A DNA stretch of 63,888 nt, counting the filler, from Octopus bimaculoides (taxonomy: Eukaryota): NCBI RefSeq assembly GCF_001194135.2. It is 7 parts of 5 records of this genome, joined end to end, with 100 filler letters (N's around TTAATTAATTAA, not from the genome) between each part and the next. Parts side by side here need not be neighbours in the genome. Positions count along the whole stretch, not along the records: positions 1 to 29,002 come from NC_068982.1; 6 more parts are not named here. The stretch is one strand, 5' to 3'. The notes below the pieces were generated by a model. That model worked only from the letters and a program-made list of their open reading frames with translations. It was not told where the DNA came from and did not search any database. Positions 1 to 12,330 of the stretch are shown here, one piece after another (the first letter of the stretch is position 1; every line of letters begins with the position of its first letter). Position numbers and translations under genes: made by a program.

Positions 1-568
1 AGTTTCTAAACAGTGAGCATTTCGGGAAACTATGTGCTCACGCAGTTTCTAAACAGTGAGCATTTCGGGAAACTATGTGCTCACGCAGTTTCTAAACAGT
101 GAGCATTTCGGGAAACTATGTGCTCACGCAGTTTCTAAACAGTGAGCATTTCGGCAATCTATGTGCTCACGCAGTTTCTAAACAGTGAGCATTTCGGGAA
201 ATTATGTGCTCACGCAGTTTCTAACCAGTGAGCATTTCGGGAAACTATGTGCTCACGCAGTTTCTAAACAGTGAGCATTTCGGCAAACTATGTGCTCACG
301 CAGTTTCTAAACAGTGAGCATTTCGGGAAACTATGTGCTCACGCAGTTTCTAAACAGTGAGCATTTCGGGGAACTATGTGCTCACGCAGTTTCTAAACAG
401 TGAGCATTTCGGCAAACTATGTGCTCACGCAGTTTTTAAACAGTGAGCATTTCGGCAAACTATGTACTCACGCAATTTCTAAACAGTGAGCATTTCGGCA
501 AACTATGTGCTCACGCAGTTTCTAAACAGTGAGCATTTCGGCAAACTATGTGCTCACGCAGTTTCTAT
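1..568. repeat. Tandem array of a 43-bp unit (13 full copies, truncated by window start)
   Basis: Unit AGTTTCTAAACAGTGAGCATTTCGGGAAACTATGTGCTCACGC repeats head-to-tail with 0-3 changes per copy and no unique spacers. Confidence 0.97.
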
Positions 569-3500
569 AAACAAAAATTACTCGACAAAGTCGCCTCTAA
601 TATATTTAAGCGGTGTTTAAAGCGTATCGTCTTCATAATGTTTAATTTTTATTTCGTTTAATCCTTGTATTTCTTTTATTTGTAATATTTAATCAGAAGA
701 GAAGTAGTAGTGTCTCCTCTCACAGCGTTTGAAACGTATTGGAGGAAGGGTGAAATGCACAACGGGTAAGGGATTTCCCCCCGTATCTTAGCAATATGAT
801 GTATTCTGCTAAATGTGGTTAAAAGCCAGCTAGTGGTGTTTCAATGGGGGAAATATTCAGGTGTCCATTAAATAATATGTTTTGTATGTCTTTTTCTAGA
901 AATGTTTTGTAATTCTTTCTAGAAACTAAAAAAGGAAAAAGACAACCTTTCGACCTTTTATTATTTAACCCCGTTATCTTCGAATAACTTGATCCAAACA
1001 ATAGATGTATGGCTATATTTGAAAACTTGACAAAATGGTAGAATGGATATAACTGGAAGATTCACATGAATATAAACCTGAAGCATAAACGGAGGTGTTT
1101 AAATGCATATATTCAGAAACTTGCGCTGAAATTGACGTATAAATAATTGAACAGGACTTGTCAAGCGGAAGAAACCTTATCAACATATTGTTAATATAAG
1201 TTCGCCTCACGGTTTTATTAGCCAACAATTCCCTGAAGGAATTATCCTGTGTATAGAATATTGAAATAAACCAAATTGGTAAATACTGACGCATAGCTTA
1301 TTTATATCCTTATTTTGGCCGATAATATATGGTCAGGATATTATACATACTCACGTAAGCATATATTTGCAAAGCTTACATGTAATCATGTGTGGCTTGT
1401 AACCTCCTATTAACCGTAAAACTGATTCACATTTAGTTTATATACATTGCATTCTTAACTCTCCGCCAGGATACTTGTGGACACATCCCTAGGCCGAAGG
1501 CACAAATGAATCTGTAATATCTGTTTAATATAAATCATCAGCCACAATAACGAACCTGGATGAAATGCAGTTAAGACACACTGTTTCGTATACAAAAAGA
1601 CGTTTTATGTCTTTAGGTTATTTGAATTTGTATCACAGTAAGGCTGCCATATTTAACTCCATGATGAGTTCAGCCATCGAGTTTTCAAGACGCCTTCTAC
1701 ATACTATATCGACTCTATTGAATCAGTTCTGAAAATCTCATTTTATAGTTATATTTGATTTTAACACACCTACTGTATATGTTCAGAAATTCTTGAACAG
1801 ATGTTTCTTTTATCTCTAAATCATATCAATGTATTTCTATTTTAGTATGCTTGAGCTTCCTAAATTCTTCATTTAAAAGACCTTCATAAACAATCCGTTA
1901 TTATTTACGCATCTAACAATACATCACGTTCTGGCATTCAGAAATCAAATTCAGTGACAAGTAGTTCAGAGACAGACTTTGAAAAACATTATTTTGCATT
2001 TCTTAAAGTAAAATTTAGAACGTGGAAATATTAAAACTATATTAGTAATAGATCACCTCAAACATAAGTTATTATTAAACGGTTGCCAGGTAAATGAAAC
2101 ATATGACTCTACCTAGAAAGACAATTTTGGATGCCACTGGAGTTTGCTAGTAATGATGTACTATTGCAATTCTTTACCACGTTTTCAGCTGTCAAATTGT
2201 TAAGAACATATCTAGCACTTGAAGCATATTTGGAAGGAAGAAAACAGACCCACAACTGTATTTGTGTACACTATTTAGTTAGGCACTTTAAATATATAGA
2301 TCGTTAAAAGAATCAACTAGATTATGTTGGACCTATCAAGACAGGAGTACTTTCTAAAGGCAAACTATAGAACCTGCCGGAGGTGTGCAAATTACTAGAA
2401 ACAGCGGTTGTATCAAATAAAAATCACCCTTGAAGCATCTTGCAAAAGTAAGAATAATTTAGAGAGCATTCATAGAAATATTCACATAAAAAACCCCGCT
2501 CCCCCCCCCCAGTTGCTTCTGTTTAGAAATTAAAATATTGGAGAGCCTGAGAAGGTCATTGCTGGTATTTATCCACAGTGATTTAAAAAGTATACGGAGA
2601 TGTACTTGCATAGCAAGTGACTTGATCTGAGATTGTATGCTGAAACAAGAACAATTGCAGTGTGGAAGATGTTTGTAAGCCATTCAAGTTTCACTTCAAC
2701 ATTAAAACTTCATTTGTGTTAAAATATTTTCGTCGCTTTGAAACCGCGACCTTTTCACAGAGAAAATTTCGCAAAAGTGATGCAGCACGAAGTATCGTNN
2801 NNNNNNNNNNNNNNNNNNNNNNNNNNNNNNNNNNNNNNNNNNNNNNNNNNNNNNNNNNNNNNNNNNNNNNNNNNNNNNNNNNNNNNNNNNNNNNNNNNNN
2901 NNNNNNNNNNNNNNNNNNTAGGTGTATTTATGTATGTGCGCGAGTGTGTATTGGTGTTTGTGTGCGTGTCACTGCTGAATTTGTGTTTGGAAACTGTAAA
3001 TAATATGCAAGTTTCGAATCTAGTTTGCTTTATTTTCTCCTCATCTTCTAATAGTAAACTTTCTAGGCTCTTCTAACAGCTAGCAAGCTTTCACAAATTA
3101 TACGGATAATTTTTAAAAATTTCATTTAATAAATGTTTTTACATTTAAACTTAAAAGAGAAAGTGAGAGACTTTGTAAATGAAAATGGAATATTCCGGAG
3201 TGAATGCAAGGAATAGTTAAATTTGTGATGAATTGGATGCAATGAATATTTAAATTTGCGAGAAAGTGGAGTTTAAAAAATTTCAATAAACTTGAGAAAT
3301 CGAAATTATGGGAAATTTCTTAGCACATGATTTTATAAAAATATTTCCAGACGGTCAACCATTTAATAATTACTTTCCTTTAGTACTATTAGTAATTGTC
3401 ACATACCTAATAAATAAACAACTTTCTCTATTATAGTATTGATTTTAGAATGAGGCGAATTTTCACAATATAGTGTAAGAGAAAATACCTTGACAAATTT

Positions 3501-3930
3501 GTTTCGGTTCTTGCGTTCTGGACTTAAAATTCCACCGAGATAAACTTTATGTTAACCTCTTTCGGTATCGATTAAACAAAACCCCAATCAAGTTAATCTA
3601 CTGTGATCTTTATTTTATCAGATTCGATGTGATCAAATTTATTTGAAATCTTTCAAGGCAATAAAGTTTTACAAGCTGCTTTACTAATGCTGATGACTTT
3701 TCTTCTCATTAGATTTGTAATATCAATTAAATAAAAGTTATTTTCTTGTTAAGAACTCAAATGTAACACATTTAGGTATATCGCTTTTTGCCTGAGTGAG
3801 CGCATTTGTCTATCATCTGCACACAAGAGAATATCAGCAGTAAGAGATACTGTATATGAAGCTGTTAGTAGATAATTTCTGTTGGATATCATGTCGTTGA
3901 AACAACAATACATTTATCTGAATTACTATA

Positions 3931-4166
3931 CTGTTATACCTCGCCATATAGGGGTTCTCCTATCGCGGTTCACCTATCACGGCTTATTATTTAACCTTAC
4001 GTCGATTGCTTCGTGGTAGTCTTTTGCATTTATAATAAAATAAGTATATACAAATTACAAAAATCATAAAAGACAATATACAATACAGTACTGTTTCTAC
4101 TTCGTGAAATTTCACCTATCGCAGGGGTTTGGGAATGTAACTCCAGCGATAGTCTAGGGATTACTA
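3931..4166. mobile_element. pogo/Tigger-like MITE (~236 bp)
   Basis: Imperfect TIRs CTGTTATACCTCGCCATAT... and ...GCGATAGTCTAGGGATTACTA, both flanked by TA. They resemble the CAGTAATCCCTCG-type termini of Tigger/pogo elements; no coding capacity. Confidence 0.7.
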
Positions 4167-4730
4167 TACTTCAAATATTAGCATTTATCAATCTGTCAAT
4201 GATTTCCATGAATTCCGGCAGACCACTCTGCACTCCTTGACACACTTTTATGGCTGCTGAGGAAGCAAACCACAAGTCAAGTGATATTTAATAATCACAA
4301 AGTGTATACTAAGTCTCTCTGGAAGTTAACAGAGAGAAAGCGATAAGTGCATTTTTTCTGGTAATTCTTATTTCATTCTGGATAAAACCATCTTCTTTAA
4401 TTGTCCAAACCACTACCACGTATTGTTCAGCAGGAAAATAATTATATTATAAATTATACTACTCTGGTGAAGAAACACACGACAAAAATTATCATTCACT
4501 TCGAAACACAGTATTAAAGAATTGTTGACTCCTATTAGGGACAGAGAAAAAGTACTTGTGTCTTCGTACATTATGAGAGAAGCAGTCATTATTCGTGTTT
4601 CAACAACGAAGCCAATTATTCTGAAATCTCTGTTCTTCGTTCCAAGGTAACGAGCGTTGAAACTGGCACACGAGCAAAATATTTTCTCACCTAAAACACA
4701 CACACGCACGCACACACACACGCACACACA

Positions 4731-4770
<40 letters not shown>

Positions 4771-5154
4771 AATACTCCCGTACACACGAATATACATACA
4801 CTTCCATTCTCTTACTCGATATCACACACGGAAACATATGTATGTATATAAGTGTGAGTTGTGGAAGAAAGATAGGAAGGGGGAAAAATGGATAACCTCA
4901 GGAATGTGCATGTTGAAGGGCAAGGTGCATGAAAGAATAACAGAATGTTGCCTGAAGCTTCGCTAAGAAGAAAAGTGGCAATCATAGTATTGTAACATTT
5001 CCATTCTTGCAAGATAAATTCCTTTAAATTGAGGTATGACATTTTGAGCTGCATCGGAAAGAACGAAGGACCGAAAAGCACCTGGGGACATGGGAAAATG
5101 AAATAATTTCCTTCATATGTGTGTGTGCGCGTGCCTGTGTGTATACGTGTGTTC

Positions 5155-5385
5155 TTTTATTCTTTTACTCTTTTACTTGTTTCAGTCATTTCACTGCAGT
5201 CATGTTGGAGCACCGCGTTGAGGGGTTTTAGTAGAACAAATCGACCCCCGCAACTTATTTTTTAATCGTAGTACTTATTCTATCGGTCCCTTTCGCCGAA
5301 AAGCTCGATTTCGCGGCCGCAAACGTACCAACACCTGTTGTCAGACGGTGATGCAGAATAAACAGTCAAAAAGACGCACACACAC
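5155..5385 (-). mobile_element. 3' half of abundant SINE with (AAAGAGTA)n-type tail
   Basis: Homologous to 29145-29325 (+) and 55536-55926 (-); diverged copy of the GGCGGTGCTCCAGCATGGCCGCAG...TGACTGAAAC tail; abuts a (CA)n tract. Confidence 0.8.
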
Positions 5386-5386
5386 A

Positions 5387-5440
<54 letters not shown>

Positions 5441-5674
5441 AACCCGGAGTTAGCTCATCATTTTTCAGTCGATTGTTCAGATAATGTCGCTTTAATCGGA
5501 GTACAAATATTACTATTATGAAATATTATTATATTGTTATTATTACATAAAAAAAGGCTTTCGTAACGGCCCTTTCGCCATAACTTATCAAGCCTCTGGA
5601 TTTGTTTACAAATATTATATGTAGTACTAGAGAGTTAAGTATCGATACATAAAATTTGACTGAAATTTATGGTT

Positions 5675-5815
5675 GGGTGTTTTGGCTAAATCGGATGAGC
5701 GTGAAGCCAAGTTAGCGTTGATAAGTGGGTTCAATTCTAGTCTGAGTCAACTCATCATTTTTCAGTCGATTGTTTAGATAGTGTCGCTTTGATCGGAGTA
5801 TATGTATAATTATTA
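5675..5815 (+). mobile_element. Degenerate tRNA-derived SINE-like fragment, with a ~75-bp direct duplicate at ~5445-5520
   Basis: A-box-like TGGCTAAATCGG and B-box-like GGGTTCAATTC; the block CTCATCATTTTTCAGTCGATTGTT...GTCGCTTT occurs twice about 295 bp apart. Confidence 0.4.
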
Positions 5816-7784
5816 TGATGCTATTAATATTATATATATATGTACATATTCATGGGTATGTGTTATTCCTAAATAAAGAATCAGTTATTTATAATATCAG
5901 CGTGAAAACAATTAAATAAAGATATAGGTAATGATACGTATTTTTATGGGTAATTGGTTATATATTGCTACAAAAAATATGAATTAGAATAATATGTTTC
6001 GAGATATTTCAAACAAGAAGAGATATTAAGTCTGTGAATCAATAGCTTCGTTTTCTTGAGTAAATATGGGTAATATTTGGGAAAATTTCGGTATAGTTGA
6101 TTTCTTTTTTACATATAAAGAAGCATATTAACTAACTCTTGAAACCATGAGAAATGTTTCTTGCAAGAAGAACTTAAGCGTTTTTAACAATATGCATTGA
6201 GATAAAAAGTGCGCTTTTAGATATTAGATACTTGATCATCTTCACCAACAAAACAGGTTGCAATGACAAAAGCCGTTATAGGAATATATAGTGTATTGAA
6301 AATAAAGTTTTCAGGAGAAACCAATGTGGTTCAGTAAATGGTGATATATATTCGACTTCAATAAAATATCTTAATATTTGTAAGTTTAATTTATATCTAA
6401 AGTAACCAACGAAATTACGTTTTTACCACAAAACGAGTCACAAATGGATAGCATATAGTGATGTGTGTTCCATCTCCGGTTTGCAATTCTTTATAATGAT
6501 ACAGAATTCAATGAATATCTACTAGAGCAGTGAAAAATCAATACATTTAATTTATTTCTTAATTTTCTGCTTTGTTACTTTCTTTCATTTTTGTGTTTTC
6601 TTTGTTACATTCGCCCTTAGGAACCTTGGTATGCAATAATTACTTATATTACTTATTCCTTTCAAAACTGAAACTGTTTTATGAAAATATCGGTAACACT
6701 GACACAGAAATCCCTGGAAAATGAAAAATGTGGTCAGTTGACATAGACAGTTTTAGTGTAATATTAAATATCTAAACCGTACCGAAAGCAGTAATAAGCT
6801 ACTTAAATTTTGGGATAAGAAACACTTCTGTGTAAAAGGGTGCTAACAAAATTCATAATAATCATATTGTAATTAACACACAACCCTCATTTCTAGTCTT
6901 CTCCTTTTCCTTCCCTTCTACAGGGATTAAGTTTTCGAGTATAGGTGGCACGTTACATTTTCTAATAACCAATTTGAAGCAACAGAATTTGCCTAGGAAT
7001 TATCCTCTCAACATTAAACATTTTTCAGTCTTACTAACCATCAATAAGTCATATTATCATTAATTGCATCTGATTTAGTCATTATTCATCAATTTTTGGC
7101 AAATGAAAGGAAAGGACAGAGGACAGAGGACAGAGTATATTGATCTATTAAGCTTGTTACTAATAAGCCAGAGCTAAGTATGGTATAAGTTTTACTTCAG
7201 CCATAAATATATTGACATTTTTAACATATGATTATAATAAGCAAACTAGAAATAATAATTCCCAGAAGGAAAATCTCGCTACTACGAAATCAAGCAATTG
7301 GAAATATCCAACTAACAGTAGTACGAAAATGTATGGAAAGGACCCATTCAATTAGTTTCGAAAATCTGGTTTGGCGTCAACGTATTAATGATACTTTACA
7401 GAGTAGAGCCGTTCACCTCTACTTCTATCGCAGTAAAAACTCCTGAAGTATGTACTGACTACTCCACTCTTGGACATCTACACTCAATAATTATCTCATG
7501 ATTATGTTTCTTGCATTAATATGGTCTTTTCGATATGATATATATTAAATACGTACTATCTTGTTATTCATATTTTCAGACTTACTGTACATCGTTCCAC
7601 AAAATGCTACTTCTTTCTTTTTTTCAGTTGCCTTAACTTCACCATTCTTTTACACTCCCCCTCTCCCCCCTCTCCCTCAGTCTTTCTATGTGTATATATA
7701 TATATATTTTATATAAATAAGGATAAGATCGATATTTAAAATATTGATTTTATCAAGTGGCCAGCATGGGAATAAAAACCATCA

Positions 7785-8030
7785 AGGTTACAATTATTTA
7801 AAATTATAATATAGGGTATCTAAGAGATACCGCCACGCTGAAAAATAGCAGTCAAATCTTGACTCTAAACCACAATAAATGTTCATATAGCACAAAAGAA
7901 CGAAGACGAAGACAAAATAAACTAGTAAAAATAACTGGATAATTCCAGATCCCGGATTTCTGGCTTTGCATAATAAATGCTTTGCCTTCATCGGTGGAAT
8001 ATACTCAGAAAAGCACATAAATACAAATAT
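7785..8030 (-). repeat. Hammerhead-bearing repeat unit, family A copy 1
   Basis: Colinear with 8414-8640 (AGCAGTCAAA..TGACTCTAAA, CCAGATC...GCCTTCATC.GTGGAA). Confidence 0.75.
7942..8000 (-). ncRNA. Type-I hammerhead ribozyme-like motif (family A, core variant CCGAUGA)
   Basis: Minus strand: ATTCCA-CCGATGA-AGGC...GCCA-GAAA-TCCGGGA-TC-TGGAAT; perfect 6-bp helix I; one core substitution (U4 to C). Confidence 0.6.
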
Positions 8031-8372
8031 ATATATATTATTTTATATATACATNNNNNNNNNNNNNNNNNNNNNNNNNNNNNNNNNNNNNNNNNNNNNN
8101 NNNNNNNNNNNNNNNNNNNNNNNNNNNNNNNNNNNNNNNNNNNNNNNNNNNNNNNNNNNNNNNNNNNNNNNNNNNNNNNNNNNNNNNNNNNNNNNNNNNN
8201 NNNNNNNNNNNNNNNNNNNNNNNNNNNNNNNNNNNNNNNNNNNNNNNNNNNNNNNNNNNNNNNNNNNNNNNNNNNNNNNNNNNNNNNNNNNNNNNNNNNN
8301 NNNNNNNNNNNNNNNNNNNNNNNNNNNNNNNNNNNNNNNNNNNNNNNNNNNNNNNNNNNNNNNNNNNNNNNN

Positions 8373-8403
<31 letters not shown>

Positions 8404-8413
8404 ATTATATAAA

Positions 8414-8640
8414 TATAATTATAATTAAGGGTACTAGAGAGGTGCCACCATGCTAGATAAAGCAGTCAAAACTGACTCTAAAACCACATCATGTATTGAT
8501 ATACCACAGCTGAGAAGAAAACTGAACCAAAAAAAAAATTAGAAAAAAATTAATGGGTAATCCCAGATCGAAGATTTATGGCTCAGTAGTAAAATACATT
8601 GCCTTCATCAGTGGAAATATACCGAAATTAGTACATAATT
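8414..8640 (-). repeat. Hammerhead-bearing repeat unit, family A copy 2
   Basis: Direct-repeat partner of 7785-8030; its first 46 bp recur inverted at 8943-8988. Confidence 0.75.
8562..8615 (-). ncRNA. Type-I hammerhead ribozyme-like motif (family A, GAAA mutated to UAAA)
   Basis: Minus strand: TCCA-CTGATGA-AGGC...GCCA-TAAA-TCTTCGA-TC-TGGG. Confidence 0.55.
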
Positions 8641-10266
8641 ATTAATTTATATATATATGATATATATATATATATATCATACGTAATAATTATTATAGAT
8701 ATATAATTATATTAATATTGAAGTATATTTGCCACTTAAATGTGGCTAATTCTTAGGGGCTGATGCTACTGTAGCTTGTATCCCCAGGAAGACATCTCTT
8801 CCAGCTGGCTATTGACACACTTTCTGTGCCCTATCAGTATTTGCAAAGGGAAGTCATCCTTCCCATCTCCAGCCTGACGTTATACACACTGGCCCGAGTT
8901 TCTGGATATTGACCTATCATATATATGTACAACTTGTTGCTATATCTAGCATGGTAGCATCTTTCTAGTACACTTAATTATAATTATACCACTATAATTA
9001 TATATCTATAGAAATTAATACCTATTCGGTTTTTTTCCATGTTGGCTACTTAACATGGCCGTTATTTTAAAACATTGTCTTATCGTTTTTATATATCAAT
9101 ATATAATCGCTCCATGTCCTCATATTCAGTGCGGCGATATTTCTGATCATATAGCACATGGTTTCAGACGGAAAAATGGATTAGTCTGGTATATACGTGC
9201 ATATATATGTATGTATACGTACGTATATGTAAATATTTGTATTTTGGTATTTATGAGATGGGAGCAACTGTCATCGAAGACTCATATTGTAGTTCAGTGC
9301 TCGAAATGAGGAGTTGACAGACAGCCGACAACCGATGAAGGGTCGTTCTTTGTGTTACTTGTCCTCTTTTTTTATTTTTTTCTCTCGTTGTTTGAGTATT
9401 TAACTCATTTATTTTCGTATTTCATGTTGGTGACGCCCTGTATCCATATATGCATACACACATATATATATACACACACGCACACATAGACACACACTGC
9501 ACACAAAACACACACATACACGCACATACACATACATATTTTATTAAACCATTTAGTTATGTATGTTAGTTATACATACACGCACACACACATACTTCAA
9601 ACTACCAGTTAAACACCTTTCTACTGACCATTCTCCTACGCACATGTAAAGGGAAACACACAACAGACAGCCACTCCTACCAAAATTTTTACTATAAATT
9701 CTCCCTACGACATTAAGCGACACAAACTCCAACCACACAAATACATAAACAGCCACAACACACAAACACATACGCACATACACGTGCTATCATTACACAC
9801 ACATACACACACACACACAGACACACACACACACACACACACAGACCTGCACGCACGCACATTCCCACACATACACACATACACCTCCTTCTCTTGCACT
9901 CTCCTGTCTTAGAAAGGATTTTTTCTGCACCCATTCCCTTCCAGTCATTTCAGTACGTGACCGCGAGGGTATCATTGTCGATTTTCTTTCTCCGTCTTCT
10001 GTCTTTAGACGTTTTCTATATTTCTGATAAAGAGCTCCGCTCGAAACGTGAAATCCTATTCAGTTCCTTTCACAGCCTTGGATTTTTATCTCATTCTGTT
10101 ATTTTTATATATATATATATATATATACACATGCTGATATATGACCTACGTTGGACTCCTCATTCGCCTAATCACCGAACCTGGAGCTTAGCTATAGTCT
10201 GTCCATAGCAATTACTCAGCATTACCTGACACCTTTGAGTCTTCTCGACACCATTACTTCTCATAA

Positions 10267-10299
<33 letters not shown>

Positions 10300-10329
10300 T
10301 TGGATGGATTCTGAGAACATTTAGAACGA

Positions 10330-10925
10330 GGGACCAGGAAGCTATGCTGGTCCTAGGGAGGACATTTATCCATAGCTACTGGACAACTGCACTCAACAGT
10401 GTCACCTTACAGCGCAGGATTAATAGAAGAACTTGAGGCGAGGAAGGTTGCATCAATGGAACAGCTGAGCTACTTGGAGAGACTGAAAATGCTACGACTC
10501 TACTCTCTGGAGCGAAGACGGGAGAGGTATGCAGTGATATACATGTGGAAGATACTAGAGAGGCTGGCACCAAACTTTGCAGTTGAGAGTTATACCAGAT
10601 CTCAAACTGGACGTCACAACACTGTTCCAAATGCTGTCTCATCTAAGCTTAGGACCATGTTCTGCAATAGCTTGGGATTTAAGGGCCCACAGCTATTTAA
10701 CGCCTTGCCAAGACATCTCTGGGATCTCCATGGCGTGGATCTTGGGTAGATGTTTTCAAGAAAAAATTTCACCTCTTGCTATCCAAGATCCCAGATGAAC
10801 CAACATTAAGGCACGAAACTCAAACGAGGGCAGCGGTATCGAACACCTTCCTTCACCAAAAGCCAATCTCATAGACATGGCCAATTAAAAGGTGAGTATA
10901 TCGGCAGTGCCCCAGCATGGCCACA
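10330..10925 (+). mobile_element. 5'-truncated CR1-like LINE, 3' end of ORF2 plus 3' tail
   Basis: Peptide LSYLERLKMLRLYSLERRRERYAVIYMWKIL...NSLGFKGPQLFNALP is typical of the CR1-group RT C-terminus; tail GGCAGTGCCCCAGCATGGCCAC at 10903; homologous to 57472-57830. Confidence 0.85.
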
Positions 10926-10929
10926 TTTC

Positions 10930-11865
10930 CTAGGTAACTTCAACCTCCCACTTGTTAAATGACCAGAATACTGCATCCTCTCTGGGATGTCACTGTATTA
11001 ATAAAAGCATGGAGAGTTACTGCTTGATCTTACCAATTTGCAATTCATGGAGCAAGTGATACTCAGGCCAACCCAGGGAAACAACATATTGGACATCTGC
11101 TTCACAAATAACGTGGACCTTATCCATAATGGGAAGGTGACACCAACAGTACTCTCAGATCACAATGTTGTTGAACTTAACTATGCATGGTACTGAGCGA
11201 ACTGTTAGTATCTACCCTACCAGGAGGGCTCAAGCCTTATCCAACCTGAATTTCTATAAAGCAAAATGGGAACGAATTCGCAGAGATTCACAAATCAAAC
11301 TGGTCCAACATTCTATGTATGCAAGACATGAAACTCATTCAGTTTCTGTTAATATTGCAAGCTACATGCATTAAATACACCCCAGAAAGAAAGGCCAGCA
11401 CACTGACAAACAGATTCCCGGGGACAGAGGAATCCTTACGAGACGTAGGTCAAAGGTTTCAAAGCGGATGAATAGGCAACTAAAGGATAGGGAGTAGTCT
11501 ATCTTAATGCGGACACTTCTACAAATCGAAAACAAGATCAAACGCTCTCATGAAAGGTAAAGAGCACATAGAAAGAAGAGAATTACTGTTATTACTGTTC
11601 AAAATAGCCTTCTCAGACGTGTCTACGGTCATTCGGGCAGCCACTGTTACTAGCTATGCCGATGGTACAAAGTTACTGGAACAATACTGGATGAAACAAC
11701 AGCCCAATGTGCATACGAGGGCAGCGGAATCAAATTCCCTTATGCACTAGATGGAGAAGGGCACATACAGGAGTGGTGATGTGAAACACTCCAGACTGAG
11801 AAAATCAGAAACTCACGGTGGTGCTCCGGCATGACCGTAGCAGCAAGGCTGAAACGAGTAAACGA
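10930..11865 (+). mobile_element. Internally deleted CR1-like LINE (APE C-terminus, RT YADD region, 3' tail)
   Basis: MEQVILRPTQGNNILDICFTNN...VLSDHNVVEL (APE SDH motif); VTSYADGTKL (degenerate YADD); tail GGTGGTGCTCCGGCATGACCGTAG..GCTGAAAC at ~11818. Confidence 0.75.
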
Positions 11866-11868
11866 ATA

Positions 11869-12330
<462 letters not shown>

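Noticed and set aside
1-568. CRISPR array (palindromic ~40-bp repeats)
   Set aside because: Units are contiguous with no unique spacers, there are no cas genes, and the context is eukaryotic.
2300-2360. NQLDYVGPI resembling the Polinton pPolB ENQNYVGP motif
   Set aside because: The match is short, spacing to neighbouring motifs does not fit, and no other PolB motif was found.
9295-9350. GAAA...CCGATGAAGGG as another hammerhead
   Set aside because: I could not assemble helices I-III in a valid order.
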